Shown here: positions 56,597 through 64,000 of the stretch, piece after piece
Layout: every line of letters begins with the position of its first letter
How positions within the stretch are numbered: the stretch's first letter is position 1
NCBI GenBank assembly: GCA_963768175.1
Contig: CAVYGQ010000001.1
Coordinates: forward strand, 190,305 to 254,304
Reading direction: 5' to 3'
From: Candidatus Doudnabacteria bacterium
Lineage (GTDB): Bacteria; Patescibacteriota; Doudnabacteria; UBA920
DNA: 64,000 nucleotides
Made by a program: the position numbers and the translations under genes
The notes under the pieces: generated by a model
Databases searched by the model: none
The model's input: only the letters and a program-made list of their open reading frames with translations
What the model was told of the DNA's origin: nothing

Positions 56597-58678
56597 ATGA
56601 CTATTAACCAAAACATTATGGACCAAGAAATTGTCGACTACATTTTACAGGCCCAAAAACACGGGCTGGTCGATTTAGAAATTAAACAAAACTTGCTTGA
56701 CGCCGGCTGGGATGCCAACATGGTTGAGCAAAGCTTTATTTTTGCAAAAGCAGTTGATACGCACTCGGGCGCTAACGATGTGCCACAGGTACCGGCTGGC
56801 TACCGAGCCTCCCAAAGACCCGATTTAAGCCGGCAACCAGCGGCTTTCCAAAATACCCACACCACCGTTGCCATTAGCGAAGAACAATTTCGAAAAGCTT
56901 CCGAGCCTCAAAAACACGGTTTTTTTAAGAAACCAGCACTTTGGATAGCCGTTGCGGTTCTAATGTTGCTGGCGGTCGGAACCTATGCCTATTACAGTTT
57001 AGTTTTAGCCAACCCGGCAAGAATTTGGCAAAAATTTACCCAAGCAGGCCAGCAGGCTACTTACCAGACAAAGTTCAATTTTTCTTATTCCGATCCCGGC
57101 CAATATGACAGCGGCACAAGCAGCCTTGTTAGCTTCCAATTTAAAAATATTAAACTCCAGTTAAGCGGCAGCGGTTATGTTAACGACCAAAATAAGGACA
57201 ATCCGGAATCTACTTCCAAAATCCAATACACTTTCAGCAGCGGCAATACCAGTTTTTCCACCGGTTTAGAATACATATTGCAAAATAAAATTTTATACTT
57301 AAATGTCGGCAGCAACCCAATTTTAGATTTTATCAGCCAGGAGGCCAACAACGGGCAAAAAATTGACTGGATAAAAATTGATTTAAGCCAATTAAGCAAT
57401 CAGGCTTCCGGTACTCCGGATACGGCTAAATTTTATCAACAGTTTGCCAACCCCGATTTTAAAAACGAACTCCAAAAAATTTGGGAAAACACTACCATAA
57501 TAAAGGAAGGTTCGTATGTCGGTCGGGAAAAAATTAACGGCGTTACGACTTTACATTTTAAAAATTCCGTAGATAAACAAGCCCTTAAAGGTTTAATAAA
57601 CCAGTATGTCCAGGAACTGACCAAAGCCCTTAAAGGCAGCGGCTCGGAGCTTTCCGACAGCGACGCCCAAACCATTAACCAAATCGCCGGCCAGCTCATT
57701 GATAAAGTCCAAATTCAAGATTTTGAAACCTGGGTCGGAATGACCGACTTTAAGCTTTACCGGGTACATTTGGCTGTTAATGCCCCTTCGTTAATATCTT
57801 TGGCAAAAAATGCGGGAAGCTTCATAGAGCCCTCTTCCGACGACGATAAAAGGATATTAGATGTAAGGCGTACGGCATCCGCTCTGGAACTTTATTATAA
57901 CGCGCACCACGGCTATCCCGATGCCTTAAACGGCCAACCAGTTGATTTAGTACCTGCGTATATGACTTCGTTCCCAACCGCTCCCCAGACTGCCGGCAAT
58001 TGCAGTGATTTTTTTAACACCTATTGGTACCAACCTATGGGACAAAAAACTATATATCAAGGCAAAACGGTTTATTCCTCTTATCAAATGACTTTTTGTC
58101 TTGGATCGTCTGCGGACGGTTATCAGGCCGGCATCGGGAAACTCACACCTTCGGGCATAACGGCCAACATAACTTGCCCGGGAACCCCGGAGCACTGCGC
58201 CAAATCGGCGGATGCAATTGACCCCAACATAGCTATAAAACAACAAATAACAGATTTCATTAGCAAGCTTGATTTTAGCGCCCAAGTCCAGGCCGATGCA
58301 GATTATACCGATTACGGCAAAACAATTCCTGTTACTCCTCCGGCAAGCTCGTTTGATCTTGTGCAAAAGTACCAAGCGACCCAAAGTCTGGCGGACGATG
58401 CCAAAAGGCTGGCTGACATAAGACAGATGTCCAGCGCTTTAGAGCTTTACTATAACGATAAAGGCTCTTACCCCCAAAGCCTAAATGCCTTGTCGCCGAC
58501 ATACATTGGAATCGTTCCTATTCCGCCCGCAGCTTCGGGGACTTGTTCCGAACAGGATAATGCCTATACCTATACAAAAATTGCTCCCGGAAAATTCCAG
58601 TTAACTTTTTGCTTAGGGCAGGCAACCGGAGGATATGCACCGGGCAGGCATACTTTATCGGAAACGGGGATTCAATAA
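56597..58678 (+). CDS. membrane protein with two tandem pilin-like globular domains lacking the prepilin N-terminal helix
   Basis: Two blocks, (ALELYYNAHHGYPD...YQMTFCLGSSADGYQAGIGKLTPSGI) and (ALELYYNDKGSYPQ...FQLTFCLGQATGGYAPGRHTLSETGIQ), parallel the pilin at 954-1421 (FELYYNDKFSYPT...ITFCLGSSVGAVPAGPHTLTPAGIQ). Confidence 0.6.
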   Translation: MTINQNIMDQEIVDYILQAQKHGLVDLEIKQNLLDAGWDANMVEQSFIFAKAVDTHSGANDVPQVPAGYRASQRPDLSRQPAAFQNTHTTVAISEEQFRKASEPQKHGFFKKPALWIAVAVLMLLAVGTYAYYSLVLANPARIWQKFTQAGQQATYQTKFNFSYSDPGQYDSGTSSLVSFQFKNIKLQLSGSGYVNDQNKDNPESTSKIQYTFSSGNTSFSTGLEYILQNKILYLNVGSNPILDFISQEANNGQKIDWIKIDLSQLSNQASGTPDTAKFYQQFANPDFKNELQKIWENTTIIKEGSYVGREKINGVTTLHFKNSVDKQALKGLINQYVQELTKALKGSGSELSDSDAQTINQIAGQLIDKVQIQDFETWVGMTDFKLYRVHLAVNAPSLISLAKNAGSFIEPSSDDDKRILDVRRTASALELYYNAHHGYPDALNGQPVDLVPAYMTSFPTAPQTAGNCSDFFNTYWYQPMGQKTIYQGKTVYSSYQMTFCLGSSADGYQAGIGKLTPSGITANITCPGTPEHCAKSADAIDPNIAIKQQITDFISKLDFSAQVQADADYTDYGKTIPVTPPASSFDLVQKYQATQSLADDAKRLADIRQMSSALELYYNDKGSYPQSLNALSPTYIGIVPIPPAASGTCSEQDNAYTYTKIAPGKFQLTFCLGQATGGYAPGRHTLSETGIQ

Positions 58679-58725
58679 ATCTAAAAGGCCTTTTAAATTC
58701 GCCGGCATTGCTATATAATTAAACT

Positions 58726-59526
58726 ATGAAAATTGGCATTTTTGATTCCGGCCTTGGCGGTTTGGTAATCGCCAAGGCTATTTTAAAAAAGCTCCCCGGG
58801 TATGATTACATATACCTTGGCGACACCAAGCGTGTGCCTTACGGAAACCGGCAAAAAAACGAAGTATATAAATTGACACTTGGGGCTGTTAAATACCTTT
58901 TTGAACATGACTGCCAATTGGTTATTTTAGCCTGTAATACCGCCTCGGCTTTGGCTTTGCGAAAAATCCAGCGGAAATTTTTACCCAAATTTTATCCGGA
59001 CAGGCGCGTGCTGGGAGTGGTTATCCCTACTTTGGAAGAAGCCAATAAAAACCATACCAGAAAAATTGTCGGCGTCTTGGGGACCACGGCAACTGTTAGC
59101 TCACACATTTATAAAAAAGAATTGATGAAAATCGACCGTAAAGCCAAAATTTTTGAAATAGCAGCGCCAAAACTGGTCATGTTAATTGAGCAAAATTCTT
59201 TACAAAAAGCCAAAAAAGTCTTAAAATCATACATGAAACCGCTTTTGAAGCACGATATTGAAGCGCTGATTTTGGGTTGTACCCATTATCCGTTGTTAAA
59301 GGACGAAATTGGCAAGCTGGCGGGGAATAAAATAAAGATGGTTTCCCAAACCGATTTTTTGCCAGGAAAGTTGAAAGATTATTTAAAGCGGCACAAAGAA
59401 ATTGATAGCAAACTGTCTAAAAATGGTAAGTGCGAATTTTTGGTTACGGCTTTCAACAAGGATTTTGGCGAAGTAGCAAAGAGGTTATTTGGGAAAAAGT
59501 TGAAGTTTAAAGTTGTTAGTTTGTAG
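58726..59526 (+). CDS. murI: glutamate racemase
   Basis: IGIFDSGLGGL, ILACNTASA and GCTHYPLL catalytic Cys motifs. Confidence 0.9.
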   Translation: MKIGIFDSGLGGLVIAKAILKKLPGYDYIYLGDTKRVPYGNRQKNEVYKLTLGAVKYLFEHDCQLVILACNTASALALRKIQRKFLPKFYPDRRVLGVVIPTLEEANKNHTRKIVGVLGTTATVSSHIYKKELMKIDRKAKIFEIAAPKLVMLIEQNSLQKAKKVLKSYMKPLLKHDIEALILGCTHYPLLKDEIGKLAGNKIKMVSQTDFLPGKLKDYLKRHKEIDSKLSKNGKCEFLVTAFNKDFGEVAKRLFGKKLKFKVVSL

Positions 59527-59593
59527 CGCGCCGATTCATCGGCTGCAGCACATAAATGGGCACGCTACATTACGCCGAGATAGCTCAATCTTG

Positions 59594-59691
59594 CCCCGCA
59601 CCAATTCCCATAAACTAGACTGCCAATAATGTTATCTTTGCTGCAAAAATTACTTTTTTAAAATTTATGCATTAGGGGAATTGGTGCGGGG
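59594..59691. repeat. large stem-loop element (16-bp perfect arms CCCCGCACCAATTCCC / GGGAATTGGTGCGGGG, ~66-nt loop) upstream of the tRNA; preceded by a 15-nt partial copy of the tRNA 5' end
   Basis: ccgagatagctcaat at 59575-59589 versus the tRNA 5' gccaagatagctcaattgg. Confidence 0.5.
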
Positions 59692-59728
59692 GTGAAGCAG
59701 AGCAACGGCTCGGCCCGTTAAATAATTT

Positions 59729-59804
59729 GCCAAGATAGCTCAATTGGTAGAGCAATGGTATCGTAAACCATAGGTTGTGGGTTCAAGCCCCACTCTTGGC
59801 TCCA
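59729..59804 (+). tRNA. tRNA-Thr (anticodon CGU), CCA encoded
   Basis: Cloverleaf: acceptor GCCAAGA/TCTTGGC, D-arm GCTC..GAGC, anticodon stem ATGGT/ACCAT with loop ATCGTAA, T-arm GTGGG-TTCAAGC-CCCAC, discriminator T + CCA. Confidence 0.9.
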
Positions 59805-60030
59805 TATTTAACGGGCTGAATAAACCGCGGGTTGGAGGTTTAGTTCCTCTTCTCGGCTCCACCTGCTGCGCCCCTGATAAATCGGGGCTACGCAGTGCAA
59901 GCAGCGCATTTGTGAGGCTTTGCTCGCACTTTCGCAACTTTAGCGAAGAAGTGTCAAGAGCTCCCAAAATCGCCACCCTTGCCAAATCAGCCGTTTTTTG
60001 TTAATCTTATCGCGTTCACATTGAAGAATC

Positions 60031-60324
60031 ATGGATAATCCTGAAAAAGAAAAGGAACAAGAGATTAAGGCTCGCCCTGAACCATCGGAGAGGTACAGGG
60101 CAAGTAAAGCGGCCATTTGGTCTCAGCTAATGGAAATTGGTTTGGATTTTGCCCTTTATCTTGCAATTCCCTTGTTTGCTTTTATTTATGCCGGAAAGTG
60201 GCTGGATGCCAAATACAATCATAAATTTTTCGTCATAATCGGCATCTTTTTAGCTTTAGGTTTAAGCTCCTATCTGATATATAAAAAAGTCAAGTCGGTT
60301 AAGGATTTGATGGATAAAAAATAA
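60031..60324 (+). CDS. small two-TM protein upstream of atpB (AtpZ/AtpI-like)
   Basis: 97 aa, two hydrophobic helices, position immediately 5' of the F0 a-subunit gene. Confidence 0.45.
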   Translation: MDNPEKEKEQEIKARPEPSERYRASKAAIWSQLMEIGLDFALYLAIPLFAFIYAGKWLDAKYNHKFFVIIGIFLALGLSSYLIYKKVKSVKDLMDKK

Positions 60325-60334
60325 ATAAGTAGCC

Positions 60335-60433
60335 GGCGTCATCCTGACGCTGAGTGCATCCGAAGCGGAAGGATCTCATCAAAGATTAAAAGATTCTTGG
60401 TCCCTCAGATGCATTCGGGACTCAGAATGACGC
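60335..60433. repeat. palindromic intergenic element (family GTCATYC...GRATGAC), copy A
   Basis: ggcgtcatcctgacgctgagtgcatccgaag...atctcatcaaagattaaaagatt...ctcagatgcattcgggactcagaatgacgcc. Confidence 0.7.
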
Positions 60434-60445
60434 CAGAAGAAAACC

Positions 60446-61306
60446 ATGCTTTCACTTCCACCTTTAGCCGCAGAACCCATATTCCACATCGGAGCTTTCC
60501 CCATCACCAACGCTTACATTAATTCCACGTTGGGCGTATTGGCTTTTGCGGTTTTTGCTTTCTTTTTAAACAAGAGCGCCAAAAAATACTACGCGCAAGG
60601 CGCGCCGCGCGGCATAGTTAATTTTTTTGAATCGTTGTTGGAATTTGTCCTGGGCTATATTGACGGCGTTACCAAAGACCGGCGAAAAACCATAAAATTT
60701 TTGCCGATTGTCGGAGGAATGTTCTTTTTTATTCTATTTTCCAATTGGATAGGGCTGCTTCCGGGTACCGGCAGTTTTGGCATTTTTCGCGGCAGCGAGT
60801 TTTTCCCCATTTTGCGGCCCGCCACCTCGGATCTGAATTTAACTCTGGCCATGGCCGTGTTTGCGGTTGTTACCAGCCATATTTTGGGCATTTTTACCAT
60901 CGGCTTTTTTAAGTACGCCAACAAGTTCATTAAGCTTGGCGACATTTGGCAGGCAATAAAAAGCCTAAGCCCGATTAAAATAATGGTCGCTTGTATTGAA
61001 TTTTTTGTCGGATTTATCGAAATTTTTTCCGAAGCCGCCAAAATGGTTTCTTTGTCTTTGCGGTTATTCGGCAATATTTTTGCCGGCGAAGTCCTGCTGA
61101 CGGTTTTAGCGTCGCTCATTGCCGGCTACGGGGCGTTTTTAATCCCGATCCCGTTTATGCTTTTAGAATTAATAGTAGGGATTGTACAGGCTACGGTTTT
61201 TGCCATGTTAACGCTGGTTTATTTAAGCGTTGCCACGGCAGAAATCCAGGAGCATACCGAAATTGACCATAAAGAAATTGAAGTCAGCGAGGTGGAGACG
61301 ATATAG
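60446..61306 (+). CDS. atpB: F0F1 ATP synthase subunit a
   Basis: SLRLFGNIFAGEVLL arginine-containing TM helix; 5-6 TM helices. Confidence 0.9.
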   Translation: MLSLPPLAAEPIFHIGAFPITNAYINSTLGVLAFAVFAFFLNKSAKKYYAQGAPRGIVNFFESLLEFVLGYIDGVTKDRRKTIKFLPIVGGMFFFILFSNWIGLLPGTGSFGIFRGSEFFPILRPATSDLNLTLAMAVFAVVTSHILGIFTIGFFKYANKFIKLGDIWQAIKSLSPIKIMVACIEFFVGFIEIFSEAAKMVSLSLRLFGNIFAGEVLLTVLASLIAGYGAFLIPIPFMLLELIVGIVQATVFAMLTLVYLSVATAEIQEHTEIDHKEIEVSEVETI

Positions 61307-61502
61307 CGTTTTAAGGTTTACGGCAGCGCGGCGCGTTTCGGTAAACGTTAAGGGCAGGTGCGGAGCTCCGCACGTCGCCGCCGTACAAACGATACGCGCG
61401 GCGCCGACGATTAACGATTAACAATAAATTATTAACCCTCACAAAAGGCGACATTAAACAATAAATATAAATTGTCGACCAAATGTGAAAGAAGGAAAAA
61501 CT

Positions 61503-61721
61503 ATGGAGACCCAAACAATGACGGTATTGGCCAAAGCCTTCGCAATTGCCGTTGGAGGCTTTGCCCCGGCGCTGGCCATTGGCCGAATTGCAGGCAAAGC
61601 CATGGAGTTTATCGGCAGAAACCCGGAAAGCACGGATAAAATTTTCGTGCCGCTTCTGCTCGGCATGGCTTTTGCCGAAGCTATTGCGATTTACGCTTTG
61701 GTGGTTACGTTTACTTTATAG
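61503..61721 (+). CDS. atpE: F0F1 ATP synthase subunit c
   Basis: Hairpin proteolipid with GRNPE loop and FAEAIAIYALVV (conserved carboxylate helix); SD aaggaa before the ATG at 61503. Confidence 0.9.
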   Translation: METQTMTVLAKAFAIAVGGFAPALAIGRIAGKAMEFIGRNPESTDKIFVPLLLGMAFAEAIAIYALVVTFTL

Positions 61722-61729
61722 GTTTTAAA

Positions 61730-61861
61730 CCTGATGATGGTCCAAGGACAATCATCAGGATTTACAACTTAACACATTCGGCGTCATTCTGAGGCCGAAG
61801 TAGCAAACGAGGCCGAAGAATCTCTTTATTTGAGATCCTTCACTTCGCTCAGGATGACGCC
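61730..61861. repeat. palindromic intergenic element, copy B (inverted orientation, plus an adjacent CCTGATGAT/ATCATCAGG hairpin)
   Basis: gcgtcattctgaggccgaag...gaatctctttatttgagatcc...cttcacttcgctcaggatgacgc. Confidence 0.7.
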
Positions 61862-61867
61862 AAAAAT

Positions 61868-62431
61868 ATGATTCTTGATCTTCACACTTTTATCAATTTT
61901 TTAATTCCCGTCGCCCACGCGCAGGAAACTGCCAGCTCCGGCGGCATTGCTGTTTTAGGCTTAAACGTCAAGTTCTTTATTGCCCAGTTAATCAATTTTG
62001 GCATTTTACTCTTGATTTTTTGGAAGTGGATATTGCCCGGCGTTACCAAAGCAATGCAAGCCCGCACCGAGCGCATCCAAAAATCCCTGGCTGATGCCGA
62101 CCGCATAGAAAAAGAAAAAAAGGAATTTGAGGCTTGGAGACAGACGGAAATGGGCAAAGCCAGGCAGGAAGCTTCGTCGATTGTTACATCGGCACAAACT
62201 GAAGCGGGCAAGGCTAAACAATTGATTATCGACCAAACCAAGCAAGACCAGCAAAAATTGGTAGACCAGGCCAAAGCGCAAATTGAATCGGAAAAAAACA
62301 AGTCTATTTTGGAAGCAAAATCGGAATTGGCGGATTTGGTAACCAACGCTACGGAAAAGATATTAAGAAAAAAATTGGATGCAAAGACAGACCAAGAGCT
62401 CGTTAAAGAATCGTTAGCGAACATAAAATAA
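61868..62431 (+). CDS. atpF: F0F1 ATP synthase subunit b
   Basis: N-terminal TM helix followed by a long charged coiled coil (EKEKKEFEAWRQTEMGKARQEA...). Confidence 0.8.
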   Translation: MILDLHTFINFLIPVAHAQETASSGGIAVLGLNVKFFIAQLINFGILLLIFWKWILPGVTKAMQARTERIQKSLADADRIEKEKKEFEAWRQTEMGKARQEASSIVTSAQTEAGKAKQLIIDQTKQDQQKLVDQAKAQIESEKNKSILEAKSELADLVTNATEKILRKKLDAKTDQELVKESLANIK

Positions 62432-62438
62432 GTATAGT

Positions 62439-62527
62439 GTCATTGCGAGGAGCCCCGAGTGCATCCGAGGGGCGACGCGGCAATCTTATCAAAGAAAAGA
62501 TTGCTTCGACTGCACTCGCAATGACAA
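62439..62527. repeat. palindromic intergenic element, copy C
   Basis: gtcattgcgaggagccccgagtgcatccgagg...caatcttatcaaagaaaagattg...ctcgactgcactcgcaatgac. Confidence 0.7.
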
Positions 62528-62536
62528 GGAATCACT

Positions 62537-62929
62537 ATGAAATTAACTTCGCAACAATACGCCCAGGCCCTATTTGAAGCAATCAGCGAGACCGCACCCC
62601 ACGACCACGACAAAGTCCTGGATAATTTTGTAAAAGTTTTGGCGCAAAACGGGGATTTAGGGAAATACGAAGAAATAGACGCCGAATTCCGTAAGTTGAA
62701 GCTGCTATCGCAAGGCATAAAAGAAGCCGAGGTTACCATCGCCAAAGAAGTGGAAATGAATACCGCGTTGATCCACTCACTAAACGAAATAGTCGGAAGT
62801 AAAGTGGAAATAAAGAAACGGATAGACGAATCCATAATCGGCGGTGTAGTAATAAGGGTAGACGACACATTAATAGACGCCAGCGTAAAAAACCAGCTTA
62901 ATAATTTGAATAAGAGTTTAAAGAATTAA
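62537..62929 (+). CDS. atpH: F0F1 ATP synthase subunit delta (OSCP), short form
   Basis: MKLTSQQYAQALFEA N-terminus and ...IIGGVVIRVDDTLIDASVKNQLNNL C-terminus typical of delta/OSCP. Confidence 0.75.
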   Translation: MKLTSQQYAQALFEAISETAPHDHDKVLDNFVKVLAQNGDLGKYEEIDAEFRKLKLLSQGIKEAEVTIAKEVEMNTALIHSLNEIVGSKVEIKKRIDESIIGGVVIRVDDTLIDASVKNQLNNLNKSLKN

Positions 62930-63334
62930 ATGAAAAATAAACTTTGGACAGCTAAAATAATTTTTCAGACTTTATTAGTCTTAGCGGTAGTTTCGTCCGT
63001 TATCTTTGATGCATTTTTATTTCGTGGACAAAGTAACGAAGGTATGGCCGGTTTAGCTGACATGATGGTAATTATACCCGAAGCACTTTGCATAATTGTT
63101 CTAGCTTTTGTTACTGCAGTAATAGTTGCAGTGCAAAAAAGATTGCCAAAAAATTCTTCTTTAGCAGATCAGCCTACACAAAAACATAAATATATGATTG
63201 TTTCAATAATTATATCCTTGTTAGCACTTTTTATCCTTTTTCAGTTATTTGTCGCATATGACAGCAGCAAAATTTTTAATCCAAATGACCCAAATCAAAA
63301 TATAATAGTTCGGCACCCAAAAATAGTTAAATAA
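62930..63334 (+). CDS. hypothetical membrane protein
   Basis: 3-4 TM helices; starts at the atpH stop codon. Confidence 0.45.
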   Translation: MKNKLWTAKIIFQTLLVLAVVSSVIFDAFLFRGQSNEGMAGLADMMVIIPEALCIIVLAFVTAVIVAVQKRLPKNSSLADQPTQKHKYMIVSIIISLLALFILFQLFVAYDSSKIFNPNDPNQNIIVRHPKIVK

Positions 63335-63426
63335 TTTCAATATTCCCATTTGTTAACATTAAACTTATATGGCCTCAACAAATATTGTAGAACAACTGAC
63401 AAACTAATAATTAAAATTAATTTAGC

Positions 63427-63546
63427 TGTCATCCCAGAATTTTTCAGCCTAAGGACAATCGTGGTCTGAAAAATATCCGGGATCCAGACCTAGAAATCAG
63501 ATTCCGGATAAATTTAATAGCAATATAAATTTTCCGGAATGACAAA
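63427..63546. repeat. palindromic intergenic element, copy D
   Basis: tgtcatcccagaatttttcagcctaaggacaatcgtggtctgaaaaat...ttttccggaatgacaa. Confidence 0.6.
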
Positions 63547-63597
63547 GGAAATACATGGCACAAACTAATATAGTCGAACAACCAACTTAAACAATAA

Positions 63598-63993
63598 ATG
63601 GATACGCAGCAAAACAATTCAACGCGATTGTTGGAGATACCTATCCTAGTGACAGTGGCGCTCACCGAAACATTTATATTAAGCATTTTTATTATAATGT
63701 TTATAGGGCGCCTGTTCCCTAATCCCGAATTACAAGGATGGAATGGCGTCCAATATATACCAATATTATTTCTATTGTCAATCTGTTCAATTGTCGGAAT
63801 TTTAGTTTCAATTATTTTAATTTCAACAAGTGCTCTAAAGAAACGAAAACTTCTTGCAGATAATGAGGACATCCTCCCAATCAATAACGGTTCATTCAAA
63901 AAATTTCTGGTAACAATTTTAAAATCCCTCGCTTTTCTCATTTTTCTTTCTATTTTATTTTTTATACTAATAATAAATTTTAGTCCAAATTAA
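63598..63993 (+). CDS. hypothetical membrane protein
   Basis: Three hydrophobic helices; no domain recognised. Confidence 0.4.
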   Translation: MDTQQNNSTRLLEIPILVTVALTETFILSIFIIMFIGRLFPNPELQGWNGVQYIPILFLLSICSIVGILVSIILISTSALKKRKLLADNEDILPINNGSFKKFLVTILKSLAFLIFLSILFFILIINFSPN

Positions 63994-64000
63994 TGTATGC

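Noticed and set aside
59805-60030. Possible second tRNA or small ncRNA right after tRNA-Thr (hairpins GCCCC-tgataaatc-GGGGC, GGAGG-tttagtt-CCTCT) and the 75-aa ORF 59777..60004
   Set aside because: No complete cloverleaf could be built (no D-arm or T-arm). The ORF overlaps the tRNA and has no SD or domain. Probably just the structured tRNA trailer and atp operon leader.
63444-63941. 165-aa minus-strand ORF near the window end
   Set aside because: Overlaps repeat element D and the better-supported plus-strand membrane protein 63598..63993. No SD, no domain.
1-64000. Looked for CRISPR arrays, integrase, transposase or phage genes and toxin-antitoxin pairs
   Set aside because: No regularly spaced direct repeats with unique spacers. 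No recombinase or transposase motifs (DDE, Tyr-recombinase R..HxxR..Y). No classic TA families. The mobile-looking content is limited to small palindromic repeats and the two GC-rich islands.

Overview
AT-rich, compact, almost entirely plus-strand bacterial window. The gene content (prepilin-type pilin, secA/secDF, scattered mur/fts genes, F-type atp operon, very small intergenic spaces) is typical of a Patescibacteria/CPR-like genome. The main content, in order: rpsI; a type IV pilin; a two-component system; a SIMPL protein; an RNase P RNA on the minus strand in an ORF-less 600-bp gap; a glycan-synthesis operon (priming sugar transferase, three GT4 glycosyltransferases, one odd methyltransferase) running into murG, a patatin-like phospholipase, murC/mpl and murB; hpf; a divergent TrpR/YerC-like repressor; secA; rdgB; pepN; pgeF; secDF; a protein combining sigma-70 region 4 with a HARE-HTH domain; a membrane protein plus a VirD4/TraD-like ATPase; trxA on the minus strand; a DD-carboxypeptidase; mraY; a D-aminoacylase; murD; ftsW; murJ; lepA; a murI; tRNA-Thr(CGU); and atpZ-BEFH. 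The features that stand out are: (1) a GC-rich ~6.6-kb island holding one giant (~2,090 aa) secreted beta-helix/FN3 protein with an internal frameshift, wedged between mraY and murD; (2) a second GC-rich 1.6-kb island downstream of a TrpR-like repressor, canonical ACTAGT operators, a tandem-Trp leader peptide and an attenuator-like terminator; (3) lepA carrying an in-frame GxxExxY/PD-(D/E)xK domain insertion in its GTPase domain; (4) a DUF5678-like small protein paired with a retropepsin-like aspartyl protease; (5) a 693-aa membrane protein with two N-helix-less pilin-like domains sharing a TFCLG...GIQ tail with the true pilin; (6) several families of palindromic intergenic repeat elements, four of them inside the atp operon.
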